64,000 nt of DNA from a virus (taxonomy: Duplodnaviria; Caudoviricetes): positions 96,001-160,000 of IMG/VR virus record IMGVR_UViG_3300028591_000081. One strand, written 5' to 3'. The notes under the pieces were generated by a model that had not been told where the DNA came from, made no database searches, and saw nothing but the letters and a program-made list of their open reading frames with translations. Position 1 is the stretch's first letter. Every line of letters starts with the position of its first letter. Positions 35,173-44,739 of the stretch are shown one piece after another. A program made the translations under genes and the position numbers.

Positions 35173-37824
35173 CTAATTGTAGGTTTTGAGATAGTATTCA
35201 GGAAGTGCCGTGCGTTCCCTTTTTATAACATCCTCAACATTTCCGGGTGGGTACTTGTCAAAACGGTTTGTCTTTCGTATCAAGAAGATTTCCACCTGAC
35301 ACCAAGCCCTGAGGTCGGTCAGATCCTTACAAAGGATCATTGCCTCCGACTGGGAGACTTCGTTCAATTCTTCCTGAGTGTCCTGTATTTCGTTCAACTT
35401 CTGTATTTGGTAGAGTTTACATTCCAAGGGATTGACTCCCTTACCATCTTGCGAATTACTATCTGGCGAAGTTCTGTTACAGAACATTTTTGGAGTGAAA
35501 ACCCCATTCCCTTTCCACGAAACTGAAACCCCGTCCGAACTCAACTGACGCTGATCAAAATAGTATCCAGACATCATGTAAACGTTTGGCTGGTGCATCG
35601 TGTAAACGACATTCAGTGACTGGCCAGTCACTGAATGTACGTTAATAAAAGAGTCAGGAAATGTAATCTTTAACATTGCTACCCACACATCATCTGTCCC
35701 TACCCGTGGCAAGTTTAGGAACTGGAGATCAATGTCTAGTTTATCGCCGACAGAAAACCCGTAATAAGAGCTTCTGTCATTGGAACTACTCCACCTGACA
35801 TAAGGTACATACTCGTGTTGAGAAACACACCTAAACGTAAAGTAGTGCATCTGTGTTACATTTCCCTCTATTACGACATCTCCGATCCCGAATACCCCGC
35901 AAAATATCGGGATATTTTTCGCATAGACCCCAAGGAATGGGTTGTGGATTTCGCCAAGACTCACACAATTTCGACTCCCGTTGAACTCTTCTGGATTCAG
36001 AAGTGGGGCCAAGCTCAAGTTGTCTGGGTTTCCAAGAGACTTCTTTAACACGACCCCTGCATCTTTTGTTGTGTTATGGAAACGGTACGGGTATAGCATC
36101 CTCAGCAGGGCGTGCCGGTAGTTGTCTCGGTAGTTGTCTTGGGTGATGTTTGTCATGGCAGTCCATGTCAAAGTCCGTCTGACTTTCGCAAACTCCACGG
36201 TTTCATCCGGGAGATTGTGCGGATGACCCATTCTTTCCAGAATATCCGCAATACCGTAAATCCAATTCGCTGTGGAATACGAGGACTCGCATGACATCCT
36301 GATGGCGTCTTCATTGAACCCAAACTTCTGAGCGAAGTGGGATAGTAGCTCATCCATGGTTGGATTCATAAGGTTGTGATCGTTCATGTAAGGGTCTATG
36401 AGGGTTGTTTTGAAAACCTCGATAGAATTTTCGTGAAAGCCGTCTAAAGGCGTGTTCCAATCTTCCCAGTCTCCAAGGAGTTTCCTCTTGACCAATGCAA
36501 AAACGGTTTTCCAGTCTTGTCGGCACATGACACGGAACATCGGAAAGTTTGGGTCGATGTTGTTTTTCGTGACTTCATCGGTTGCAGAAGAACCGGTGAA
36601 GTAGCCATCAACGAGTTCTCGGTATTTCACTGGCTCATACCAGAAGGAACCCGAGTTCACATTCTCGCCATCGTCGATCATCTGAAAATACTGAGATCTT
36701 GGACTGATAATGCAGTACAAAATGGCCATCCACACCAACTGTTCCAAAACCATCATCATTGCGGGATTTCCGGAACACGGGTCTGTACCGTTCGTACATC
36801 GGAGTTCATGGGTTGTGGTAAGGGACTGCCACAGAGTGTTCCACCGACCATAAACAGGCGATTTGCGTATGGTGTCTAAAACGCTTTCCGTACCTTCGGT
36901 GGTTATTGAAGAGGCAGTGTGTAATAAGGTGACACCTATCACTTCCAAGGATCTGTTAATCGCGTCTTCAGATGGATTGGCGTTATAAATATGTCTTGTA
37001 GCTCCAGTGATGAGCGTTACAGAACTTCCCCAAGATTCCAGCCCTTGAAATAAGTCGCCGTAATCTCCTATCTCGGAACACGACTCGTAAATATCTTCAT
37101 AGTCATCACCACCATCTGAAGACCTTACCAAATCCGAGAGGTAACTCGTTTCGTCTTTGGCTTCTTGGCACAATAGTGCAATCAGGCGAATCACATGAAT
37201 AGGTGCTTTGTCTAGGGTAAGTCCGGTCTTCACGTTCTTACCCTCTCCTCTCAGTGTAAGACGCACCTGACTACTATCGTCCACCTGAATGGCAGAAGTC
37301 TTTGTGGCGAGTGAGGCGTCCGTTACCCATTTCTCCGTGGTACGTGTAGATGAAAAAAGCAATCCGGCTTCTGCGTTGTTCAGGGATGCAGTTTCTCCCA
37401 ACCCACTGAATGCTTTGGTTGAAACAAATGCTCCAGAATAAGACTCCCGGCCAGCGACATGCTCTGGATCCGAGAACACCAAACGGTTGCGAGTAAACAG
37501 ACTCATCGACGGCCATACTCCGGCGTCCGAACTTACCTGATGGTCGCGTTTGTGTGGAATAGAAGTTGGGTAGAAACCCGTGTAAACAGGGTCTCGGTCT
37601 ACAAGCTGGATGTCGTCAGAGAATCTCTTAGACCCATACACAAGCTGGTTTTCCCCTTGGTTTTCGGCGTCCTTCTTGTGTGTCGTCACACGGCGGTCCA
37701 GTTCATTTTCCACCTTACCAGTGTCTATTCCTTGATTTCCATCACCACGGGTATGCGGTACAAGGACAGAGTTGGGTTTGTAGTACAAGCGTTTCGCAAA
37801 GAATCGTTTTGACTTCTTCATCAT
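35173..37824 (-). CDS. Large protein, probably tail-associated
   Basis: 883-aa ORF; GENQLVYGSKRF resembles a fibre repeat. Confidence 0.65.
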   Translation of the reverse strand: MMKKSKRFFAKRLYYKPNSVLVPHTRGDGNQGIDTGKVENELDRRVTTHKKDAENQGENQLVYGSKRFSDDIQLVDRDPVYTGFYPTSIPHKRDHQVSSDAGVWPSMSLFTRNRLVFSDPEHVAGRESYSGAFVSTKAFSGLGETASLNNAEAGLLFSSTRTTEKWVTDASLATKTSAIQVDDSSQVRLTLRGEGKNVKTGLTLDKAPIHVIRLIALLCQEAKDETSYLSDLVRSSDGGDDYEDIYESCSEIGDYGDLFQGLESWGSSVTLITGATRHIYNANPSEDAINRSLEVIGVTLLHTASSITTEGTESVLDTIRKSPVYGRWNTLWQSLTTTHELRCTNGTDPCSGNPAMMMVLEQLVWMAILYCIISPRSQYFQMIDDGENVNSGSFWYEPVKYRELVDGYFTGSSATDEVTKNNIDPNFPMFRVMCRQDWKTVFALVKRKLLGDWEDWNTPLDGFHENSIEVFKTTLIDPYMNDHNLMNPTMDELLSHFAQKFGFNEDAIRMSCESSYSTANWIYGIADILERMGHPHNLPDETVEFAKVRRTLTWTAMTNITQDNYRDNYRHALLRMLYPYRFHNTTKDAGVVLKKSLGNPDNLSLAPLLNPEEFNGSRNCVSLGEIHNPFLGVYAKNIPIFCGVFGIGDVVIEGNVTQMHYFTFRCVSQHEYVPYVRWSSSNDRSSYYGFSVGDKLDIDLQFLNLPRVGTDDVWVAMLKITFPDSFINVHSVTGQSLNVVYTMHQPNVYMMSGYYFDQRQLSSDGVSVSWKGNGVFTPKMFCNRTSPDSNSQDGKGVNPLECKLYQIQKLNEIQDTQEELNEVSQSEAMILCKDLTDLRAWCQVEIFLIRKTNRFDKYPPGNVEDVIKRERTALPEYYLKTYN

Positions 37825-37958
37825 TTACCCCAGTCATGGTCTGACGCTCTTCGCTGTTCAGACGGGTTTCAAACAAGGTCTTTCCCAGTCAAAGCTCTTC
37901 GCATAAATACCAACTGAGAAAGACCTTACGTAGTTTCGTATGAAAGGGATCTCCACCC

Positions 37959-39260
37959 CTAACCTTCTAGCTGAGCGAGTCGTTCTTCAATAGATCTCAG
38001 ACGATCTTCCAGTTCAATGGCATTGCTCACACTGACTTCCAGTTGATGGGTATTCTGTGTTCCCTCAAGCCAGTTGCCTAATGGGATAAGGGCCGCACAA
38101 GCACACTGTGTACCTTCTGCAAAGCACGGCAAGGCATCAGGAGTACTCATCTGTGATCCAGCAAGCAAGTCCTGCTTGTTATCGTACCAACGAAATACCG
38201 CATCTTCAGCATGTTTGTTTACTGCTGTGGTTATTCCGTTCGAGTACGTGTCGATAACCGTAACTCTGAAGGTTTGTTCCATGAAAGACTCGGACAAGGT
38301 CTCTATGGAGCTGGCACCTGCCACGCCGATACACACCACAGCAAACAGATTGTACCCTTTTGTAAGGAAATGCGTACCAGACAAGGACAAGTCGCCAGCC
38401 TTCTCTATGGTAGGAATCACATGAACAACGTTTTCCAAGGATGCATCTCCGGTTTCCAGTAAGTAGAGAGCGTGCCGCAATGACCCTGTGTTTGACCCTT
38501 GGATGGCACTGAGAATGTTCTGAAGAGAACGTATCTGCCCTTTGTACTGGATAAGAACACTGGACGAATTGAGTTCGATGGAGTCTGTGTTCAGAGTGAT
38601 GTTGGTTGAATCCTCATTCTCTTCGTCCTTAGGGGAGGTTATCTGTGTACGATGGTTGACACTGTCGAACTTCACCATCGGAGGGTTTTCCCCCTCTGCT
38701 TGAATGGCTGGAAGGATCACCGTGGATTTGAAAGTCTTGGTTCCGTTGATTTCCTGATCGCCTGTTGTCCGGACAATTCCTGAATTCGGATTCTGCGCCT
38801 GTTGCTGAAACAGGCTGTTGATGTAGGCGATGATTTCCCCACGACTCATGGTATCGCCACCAGAGGGCTGGATCACACCATCCTGTACCTGCGAGAACGT
38901 CAAGGTGAACGTTACACTGGCACTGGTACCGGACAACCCGATAGGCGAGCTTGAGGAATACACACAGATGGGGATCTCTTCGGCATCGGTTTGAGACGCC
39001 AGTCTGCCACAGAGGATCGCGGTCTTTGCCTGATTGTCAGGATTCTCAAACTCCGCGATGATGATGTACCCAACATCCACTTCAGTGGTATTCACGGTGG
39101 TCGTAGAGACGGTGCCAGAAGCCTGAGTCATGTTGAAGATGGCTTCCTCAGTAAGGACTTCCCGAGACAGGTATGCTTTGGTAAATACGATAACGCCCAC
39201 ACCGGTTGCTTCACTGATGAGTTGCAACCCCTTATTTGTCATTGCTCTTACTTCGGCCAT
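37959..39260 (-). CDS. Tail fibre-like protein
   Basis: MTNKGLQLI...IVFTK baseplate-attachment-type N-terminus; VRTTGDQEINGTKTF fibre motif; C-terminal coiled coil. Confidence 0.7.
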   Translation of the reverse strand: MAEVRAMTNKGLQLISEATGVGVIVFTKAYLSREVLTEEAIFNMTQASGTVSTTTVNTTEVDVGYIIIAEFENPDNQAKTAILCGRLASQTDAEEIPICVYSSSSPIGLSGTSASVTFTLTFSQVQDGVIQPSGGDTMSRGEIIAYINSLFQQQAQNPNSGIVRTTGDQEINGTKTFKSTVILPAIQAEGENPPMVKFDSVNHRTQITSPKDEENEDSTNITLNTDSIELNSSSVLIQYKGQIRSLQNILSAIQGSNTGSLRHALYLLETGDASLENVVHVIPTIEKAGDLSLSGTHFLTKGYNLFAVVCIGVAGASSIETLSESFMEQTFRVTVIDTYSNGITTAVNKHAEDAVFRWYDNKQDLLAGSQMSTPDALPCFAEGTQCACAALIPLGNWLEGTQNTHQLEVSVSNAIELEDRLRSIEERLAQLEG

Positions 39261-39333
39261 AATCACTTCTCCCACAAACATGACGAATCAATGCAGAATA
39301 GCTCTAATGTTCGATATTCTGTTGCCTCATAAA

Positions 39334-39368
39334 ACAAAAAGGCCAGTCGAGTTTGACTGGCCTTTTGT
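39334..39368. terminator. Intrinsic terminator, bidirectional-looking
   Basis: aaaaggccagtc-gagttt-gactggcctttt. Confidence 0.8.
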
Positions 39369-39387
39369 CGTACCGATAGTACTCAGA

Positions 39388-42036
39388 TTATATGTATTTC
39401 TTCTTGATACCAAGCGGAAGTCTGGCTTCAAGAGTTCGGTTTTCAGGCACCTCTTTCAGGTTTGCACTCACCTTGTAGAGCATCGTCGTCAGGGCATCCG
39501 CATCGTCGATATTCGTGACACCGGCTTGGTCAACAATCCTTCTTGCCGCCTTTCTGTCTAAGTAGTCCAGACCGTCCATATATTCCACAAAGTCTTTTTT
39601 GGACTTGACGGCTTTTCCACTCGGCAATGTGAATTGGGCTTTGTTGTTCTTGAGAATCGTCTGAATGCTCGGCCAGTACATGTCTGTGACATCATTGATG
39701 TTTGAAGCACCAGAAGATTTGATCTTACCACCGATAACCGTTCGGCCAATAGGATTGTCAAAGCGGCTCGGATCAAACTCACGGAGCTGTTCCGTAGGAC
39801 TCTTACCCTGAACATAATCCGAGGAGCTGGCCAGAGGAATGATACTACGGTTGCCAGCTTTCGTGGACAGCTCCACCTTGTCCCCGATCTCCGACAGATT
39901 CTTGTACGATGCCTGAAGAGCTTCAGCAAGGAACCCGCTCCACGTAGAAGCAATGGACTCAAGCTGGTTTACGGCGGTTGCATCGTCTTCAGGTTTTCCT
40001 GTGATAGTGATGGATTGATTCTCAAGCGAATCGTTCATCTTCTTGATACAGGCCAGCACCTTTCCGTCAACAGTTTCTTCGTCTTTTTCAGATTTCTGCG
40101 TATCCACATTGCGGACGGCCTGAAGAACATCGCGGGTAGTAAGGGGCTTGATTTCCTTTCCGATGCAGTCTTTCTTTCGAAGGAATGCATAATGAATGTC
40201 GGCTTCCCCAGTAATTACTCGCTTATCGTCTTCATCTTTGTATCCGATAGGCGCATGAACCGTGAGGGTTTTCCACAGATTGAGACTTTCAGCTCCCGGT
40301 ACCGTTGCCGTCATGTTCAGCTCGGTATCGTTCTGGGTCAGTGTAATGACGAATCCGGTATTGAAGTCACTCTTGTAGCCTTCCTGATTGATCTCTCGGC
40401 CAATCACGCGAATGCTGTTGGAGTATGGACGCATAATGAACGCTTCGTTGTAGTCAAACACTTCACGAAGGACGTTAAACGCATGACGAACAAGATGCGA
40501 ATCAATGTCCTTGGCACCCGCTTTCTTGATGTCGTCTTTGTCGATTTCACGTTCCGACACATCTCCAACCAGAGCCTGAATCTGAGTCTTTACGGCCTTT
40601 GCAAATTCTTCACGGTCCTTCGTAATTACGATATTCAGCTTCGAGTATTCCTGACTGGTTTTATTGAACAGGCGCATGAGACGTTTTACCGTAACGGCAC
40701 CAATCTTCGGATTGCTGATGGTGATTTCCCCAATCGTGCTGGGCTGGTACAGGTCTGTGTCACGATCTAGGTCACGGCTGAGCTGTTCCCCACGCCCGCA
40801 GTAAAGAAGACGGATCAACGAATCGCTGGAATCAATGCCGAGAATCGGAGGCGTGAGGTTGTCGCCACGAGTCTTGACATCCGTCTCCAGAAGAGAACGG
40901 AGCTTGGCCTCGCTCATCAGCATGAGCTTGATGGAGTTGGCCACTTCATCGAACGTACTACGACTGGTAAACAGGGCTTCTGCGTCACCTGTGTTCTCCC
41001 CTGCATAGTGTTTGGAATCACTGATAAGGCTACCAAAGCACTCCGCACCAACGATGAACAAATCGTTCTTTTCGGTGATGGGGTCAAATGTATCACTTTC
41101 GGATTTCGTATGCCCGACGGCCTGAATGACAAAGGCCAGTGAGTGGGTATCTTCGGTGCAGTTCGCGCACTGATAGTCCTGACCTCTCCACTGCTGTAAC
41201 AAGGTGGACACTCGCCGTTTCATGTCATCGGACAGTTCCGTAACCGAAACGAACTCTTCTTCAGGATGCTTTACCAGACCTTCCACGGTGTCGATAATGA
41301 GGGATCCCGGCAGTACACAAACAAGTTTGTACTTACGGTCAAAAAAGGCTTTGAGTTCTTCGAGGTCATCCCCATTAGGATATCGAGGGTCGTTTGCAGA
41401 GAATGCCGAATAGGTTTCTGCAACACCGTCATCCGTGATGTTGGTAAATGTCTGGCGCAGGGACGCGGCATCGTACTTGAGAAGTTCGTCGAGCTTCTTG
41501 TCGATATCAGTGATCTTGGTTGCGGCACTGTTCAACAGAGCTTGGTTTTTGGTAGGATCCAGAAGATCATTCCCGGTTCGGATTTGAGACCCAGTGTAAA
41601 ATTGACCCAACTCCGATTCCGAAGACAAAGCCGTCTCGATAGCCTGAATGACTTTGTTGATGGCCTTCTCAAAAGTCGCGTCCGGCTTCAGAGCAAGGAT
41701 ATAGCGTAACTGATTCAAGGTCTCAGGGAGGTCTTCATTGTAGGCACGGTCAACAAGGTCTCCACCGAAGTCACCCTTCTTCAGAGACTTGGCCAAAGCA
41801 GGAAGTAATGAACGCAAGTCCTTCATCTTCTTCTTGGCGACGGTAAATTCAGAAGCGGCATCCTTGATGTCTTCCGAACCCGTAAGAGACACCTTTCGCT
41901 TCAGGCTGTCCGTCGGAAACAGAAGGTATCCGGCTTTATTTAACAGGGTTCCTGAACGTTTACTTTCGTCTGCCTGATGCATACATGCACCGCAGTTACA
42001 ATGGTGTGTAAGCTGTCGTTTAATCATAGTCATCAC
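39388..42036 (-). CDS. Large hypothetical protein, possibly an internal virion protein
   Basis: 882-aa charged helical ORF. Confidence 0.75.
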   Translation of the reverse strand: MMTMIKRQLTHHCNCGACMHQADESKRSGTLLNKAGYLLFPTDSLKRKVSLTGSEDIKDAASEFTVAKKKMKDLRSLLPALAKSLKKGDFGGDLVDRAYNEDLPETLNQLRYILALKPDATFEKAINKVIQAIETALSSESELGQFYTGSQIRTGNDLLDPTKNQALLNSAATKITDIDKKLDELLKYDAASLRQTFTNITDDGVAETYSAFSANDPRYPNGDDLEELKAFFDRKYKLVCVLPGSLIIDTVEGLVKHPEEEFVSVTELSDDMKRRVSTLLQQWRGQDYQCANCTEDTHSLAFVIQAVGHTKSESDTFDPITEKNDLFIVGAECFGSLISDSKHYAGENTGDAEALFTSRSTFDEVANSIKLMLMSEAKLRSLLETDVKTRGDNLTPPILGIDSSDSLIRLLYCGRGEQLSRDLDRDTDLYQPSTIGEITISNPKIGAVTVKRLMRLFNKTSQEYSKLNIVITKDREEFAKAVKTQIQALVGDVSEREIDKDDIKKAGAKDIDSHLVRHAFNVLREVFDYNEAFIMRPYSNSIRVIGREINQEGYKSDFNTGFVITLTQNDTELNMTATVPGAESLNLWKTLTVHAPIGYKDEDDKRVITGEADIHYAFLRKKDCIGKEIKPLTTRDVLQAVRNVDTQKSEKDEETVDGKVLACIKKMNDSLENQSITITGKPEDDATAVNQLESIASTWSGFLAEALQASYKNLSEIGDKVELSTKAGNRSIIPLASSSDYVQGKSPTEQLREFDPSRFDNPIGRTVIGGKIKSSGASNINDVTDMYWPSIQTILKNNKAQFTLPSGKAVKSKKDFVEYMDGLDYLDRKAARRIVDQAGVTNIDDADALTTMLYKVSANLKEVPENRTLEARLPLGIKKKYI

Positions 42037-42039
42037 CCT

Positions 42040-42597
42040 CTATTCGTCTGTATGTCCTTTGTCGCTCTCCTCAGATTCGACAACACCTTCACTTTCTTCC
42101 ATCTCCTCTACCTCGCAAGGGATGTCTTCCACACACTCCTGTGACGGTTCGGACGGAGCTTGTTCTTGTTGTGATAGGATAGCGTCAAGTGGAGACTTTT
42201 TGTTGTGGTCTCGTCTATCCCTACATTTGTCTTTTCCCTGCTTCAAATCAGCAGGAGAATCCCCTAAACCCATGTGAATAACCGAATCGCCTTTCTTCAG
42301 GGTGATACCCGCACGGCCAATCCATCCTTTGGACAGCCATTTTTCCAGACTGATGAAGACCACATATAAGACCGACATCAGCAAACATCCAAACAAGACC
42401 AGATGCCTGTTCTGGTCCGAAAGCTCTTGGAAGTCAATGACACAGCCGACTCCGAGAGCAAGAAAGATAACCACGATACTCCAGCGGGTGGATATCGTAT
42501 CGGAAAAACGTTTGATGGAGTCCAGCATCGGTAATGCGAGGGCAAAAATCAAGATGATGGCTCCGGCGATGATGATAGCTAAGTTGGGCGTTACCAT
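42040..42597 (-). CDS. Three-TM membrane protein with acidic tail (holin candidate)
   Basis: Three hydrophobic segments in the N-terminal 85 aa; AGGAG RBS. Confidence 0.55.
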   Translation of the reverse strand: MVTPNLAIIIAGAIILIFALALPMLDSIKRFSDTISTRWSIVVIFLALGVGCVIDFQELSDQNRHLVLFGCLLMSVLYVVFISLEKWLSKGWIGRAGITLKKGDSVIHMGLGDSPADLKQGKDKCRDRRDHNKKSPLDAILSQQEQAPSEPSQECVEDIPCEVEEMEESEGVVESEESDKGHTDE

Positions 42598-42695
42598 TTC
42601 AACAGCTCCTATATTCTCATGCGAAATGCAAAAACGTTCAAATTCGTGGGTACCAGAGGTCAGTACTCCTTTGTCTTTGATACAAATTTTTGTTG

Positions 42696-42735
42696 TGGTG
42701 CTGAGAACCGAAGGTAAGAAATTTCGTGGTATAAG
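42696..42735 (+). promoter_or_regulatory. Phage promoter motif copy 10
   Basis: TGGTGCTGA, 22 nt, TGgTATAAG. Confidence 0.8.
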
Positions 42736-42779
42736 CCGTAAATGCAGAACGGTTCTGCCCTTTTCTCGGAGAGACTTTT

Positions 42780-43001
42780 ATGATTACCGTCGAAATTTAC
42801 AGTGGCCCGCGCTATGTGTGCAAGGATGTGAGGACTGTTGAAGAAGCACGCCAGATTCGTGATGAATACAAGGCTGAACGGGATCAGGAGTCTTCGAAGG
42901 ATCCAAGTCTGTGGAGCCGTTGGAACTGTGTGTGTTATGACAAAAAGACCGTTCGATTTGACCGTTACGGGAGCATAACGAATGGAGAAATCGCGTTATG
43001 A
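42780..43001 (+). CDS. Small hypothetical protein
   Basis: GGAG RBS, 73 aa. Confidence 0.65.
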   Translation: MITVEIYSGPRYVCKDVRTVEEARQIRDEYKAERDQESSKDPSLWSRWNCVCYDKKTVRFDRYGSITNGEIAL

Positions 43002-43043
43002 GAACTGCGGATGCTACGCAGGCTGGATTGAGGAGAAATAACA

Positions 43044-43325
43044 ATGGAAAGCACAACAAAACTTTGGAAAGTTGTTGTCGAGATTTCTCATGCTCAAAGC
43101 GATGGGAACGGGGAATCTCGCAGAGAGACAAAGACTCGCTATTTCGATGACTTCGAAAGTGCTGAATACTTTGCTGATCGCGGAGATATTGGGCCAAACA
43201 ACTTTTTCGCGCAGGTCGTATCTCGTCAAATCTATGAGTATGACATCCGGTCAGTGAGACAGATGGAATACAAAAAGCATGAAGTGGAAACTCATGTCAC
43301 TAAAACTAAATGGGTTTGGGAGTAG
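43044..43325 (+). CDS. Hypothetical protein
   Basis: GAGGAG RBS, 93 aa. Confidence 0.7.
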   Translation: MESTTKLWKVVVEISHAQSDGNGESRRETKTRYFDDFESAEYFADRGDIGPNNFFAQVVSRQIYEYDIRSVRQMEYKKHEVETHVTKTKWVWE

Positions 43326-43331
43326 GTGAGT

Positions 43332-43784
43332 ATGGTTAGTATAGGAATCCGACTGCTGAGGGATGAGGCAAAAATGCCAAAACAAGCCACCCCTGAATCC
43401 GCCGGGGCAGACCTGTGTGCTTCAGAATCCCTGACCCTCTATCCTAGCGAGATTCGATTGGTACATACCGGACTTCAGATGGACATTCCAAAAGGGTACC
43501 ACATTGAGGTGCGATCCAGAAGCGGTCTTGCCTTGAAAGCAGGTATATTTGTACTGAACAGCCCCGGCACAGTAGATTCAGATTATACGGGAGAGATCGG
43601 GGTAATCTTATGCAATGCCGGAAAGGAACCTTTCCATATCTACGATGGAGATCGCATAGCTCAGATGGTGGTTATTCATCACGAGGTTCCGTCATTCACC
43701 CTTGTGAATGAAATCCAAAAAGATACTGAGCGGGGTTCTGGAGGTTTCGGCCACACAGGGATTCAGACAAAAATTGATCCTTGA
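43332..43784 (+). CDS. dut: Trimeric dUTPase
   Basis: SAGADL, RSGLA, GTVDSDYTGEI, GDRIAQ, RGSGGFGHTG. Confidence 0.97.
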   Translation: MVSIGIRLLRDEAKMPKQATPESAGADLCASESLTLYPSEIRLVHTGLQMDIPKGYHIEVRSRSGLALKAGIFVLNSPGTVDSDYTGEIGVILCNAGKEPFHIYDGDRIAQMVVIHHEVPSFTLVNEIQKDTERGSGGFGHTGIQTKIDP

Positions 43785-43839
43785 TCAAAATCTCTAATAA
43801 AGGTACACAATCATTTTGCGGACATCCGCAAAATGATGC

Positions 43840-43924
43840 GGTCAGGTGCGTCGAATGGCTGAAGACAGCGGACTGTAAATCCGTGACATAAGAAACGTTG
43901 GAGGTTCGAGTCCTCCCCTGACCA
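43840..43924 (+). tRNA. tRNA-Tyr(GTA)
   Basis: Acceptor ggtcagg/cctgacc; anticodon arm gcgga-ctGTAaa-tccgt; T-arm ggagg-ttcgagt-cctcc; long variable arm. Confidence 0.9.
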
Positions 43925-43927
43925 TGA

Positions 43928-44068
43928 CAAGTCATCGCTACGAAGAGCGAGTTGTGAGAGTAAAGACTGAAACGATCTAGTAAGTGTACATAGCTAGAGA
44001 GTGGAGGGATTAGGGTAGCAAACGTAGAGCCTGAAAAAGCCCTAACGTATGGTAATGGGGATGACTTG
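43928..44068 (+). ncRNA. Unidentified structured RNA within the tRNA cluster
   Basis: Closing stem caagtcatc/gatgacttg; internal ctag/ctag and ttaggg/ccctaa stems. Confidence 0.5.
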
Positions 44069-44073
44069 TTATT

Positions 44074-44136
44074 GGCGGTGTAGCTCAGTAGTTTAGAGCG
44101 CATTCGAGGTCGTTGGTGCAAATCCAATCACCGCCT
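44074..44136 (+). ncRNA. tRNA-like RNA lacking the anticodon arm
   Basis: Acceptor ggcggtg/caccgcc, D-arm gctc/gagc, T-arm gttgg-tgcaaat-ccaat; only gcattcgaggtc lies between D and T arms. Confidence 0.75.
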
Positions 44137-44141
44137 TTTTT

Positions 44142-44230
44142 GCCATGTCCGTCTGTTAGGTGTTGCAGACGCTCACAGGAATGGGTAGCTCCTCTGTTGA
44201 GAGAATCAGGTTCGAGTCCTGAACATGGCA
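44142..44230 (+). ncRNA. tRNA-like RNA with non-canonical anticodon region
   Basis: Acceptor gccatgt/acatggc, D-arm gtctg/cagac, T-arm tcagg-ttcgagt-cctga; no standard 5-bp stem with 7-nt loop. Confidence 0.65.
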
Positions 44231-44383
44231 TTTCTCTGGTACGGCAGAGAGACGTTGCGTGGAAGGCGAGCATCGAGAATTCTCGCTTCGGGCAGTCTGG
44301 CCATTCGTGGAACTTGGATCCACTACGATTGGTCGCAGGTCTGTATCAAAGCGTGAGGTGCCGTAATACTTCATGCTTTTTTT

Positions 44384-44472
44384 GCGGGTGTGCAGAAATC
44401 GGCAAACTGCGCGGTCTCAAAAACCGTCGGTGGGTAAAGCCCCACTTGTGAGTTCGAGTCTCACCACCCGCA
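44384..44472 (+). tRNA. tRNA-Leu(CAA)
   Basis: Acceptor gcgggtg/cacccgc; anticodon arm gcggt-ctCAAaa-accgt; long variable arm. Confidence 0.9.
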
Positions 44473-44475
44473 TTT

Positions 44476-44559
44476 GCCAGCGTGACGGAATTGGTAGACG
44501 TGGCCGCCTCAGAAGCGGTTGTCCTTGTGACGTTGATGGTTCGAGTCCATCCGCTGGCA
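44476..44559 (+). tRNA. tRNA-Leu(CAG)
   Basis: Acceptor gccagcg/cgctggc; anticodon arm gccgc-ctCAGaa-gcggt; T-arm gatgg-ttcgagt-ccatc. Confidence 0.92.
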
Positions 44560-44582
44560 TTTCTTAACTGACCTTATTCTGC

Positions 44583-44622
44583 AAAGGCGCATGATCATTC
44601 TACTTCATGCGCCTTTTGTTTT
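44583..44622 (+). terminator. Terminator of the tRNA operon
   Basis: aaaggcgcatga ... tcatgcgccttt followed by T-rich tail. Confidence 0.8.
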
Positions 44623-44626
44623 GTTG

Positions 44627-44666
44627 TGGTGCTGATGGACGGGCTGGCGTCTTTTCGTGATATAAG
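44627..44666 (+). promoter_or_regulatory. Phage promoter motif copy 11
   Basis: TGGTGCTGA, 22 nt, TGaTATAAG. Confidence 0.8.
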
Positions 44667-44739
44667 AATCATCAGACAGGGGATGTGGACGGAACAGTTA
44701 CTGTCTTACGTAAGTACTACGAGGCAACTGGAGGGAAGG

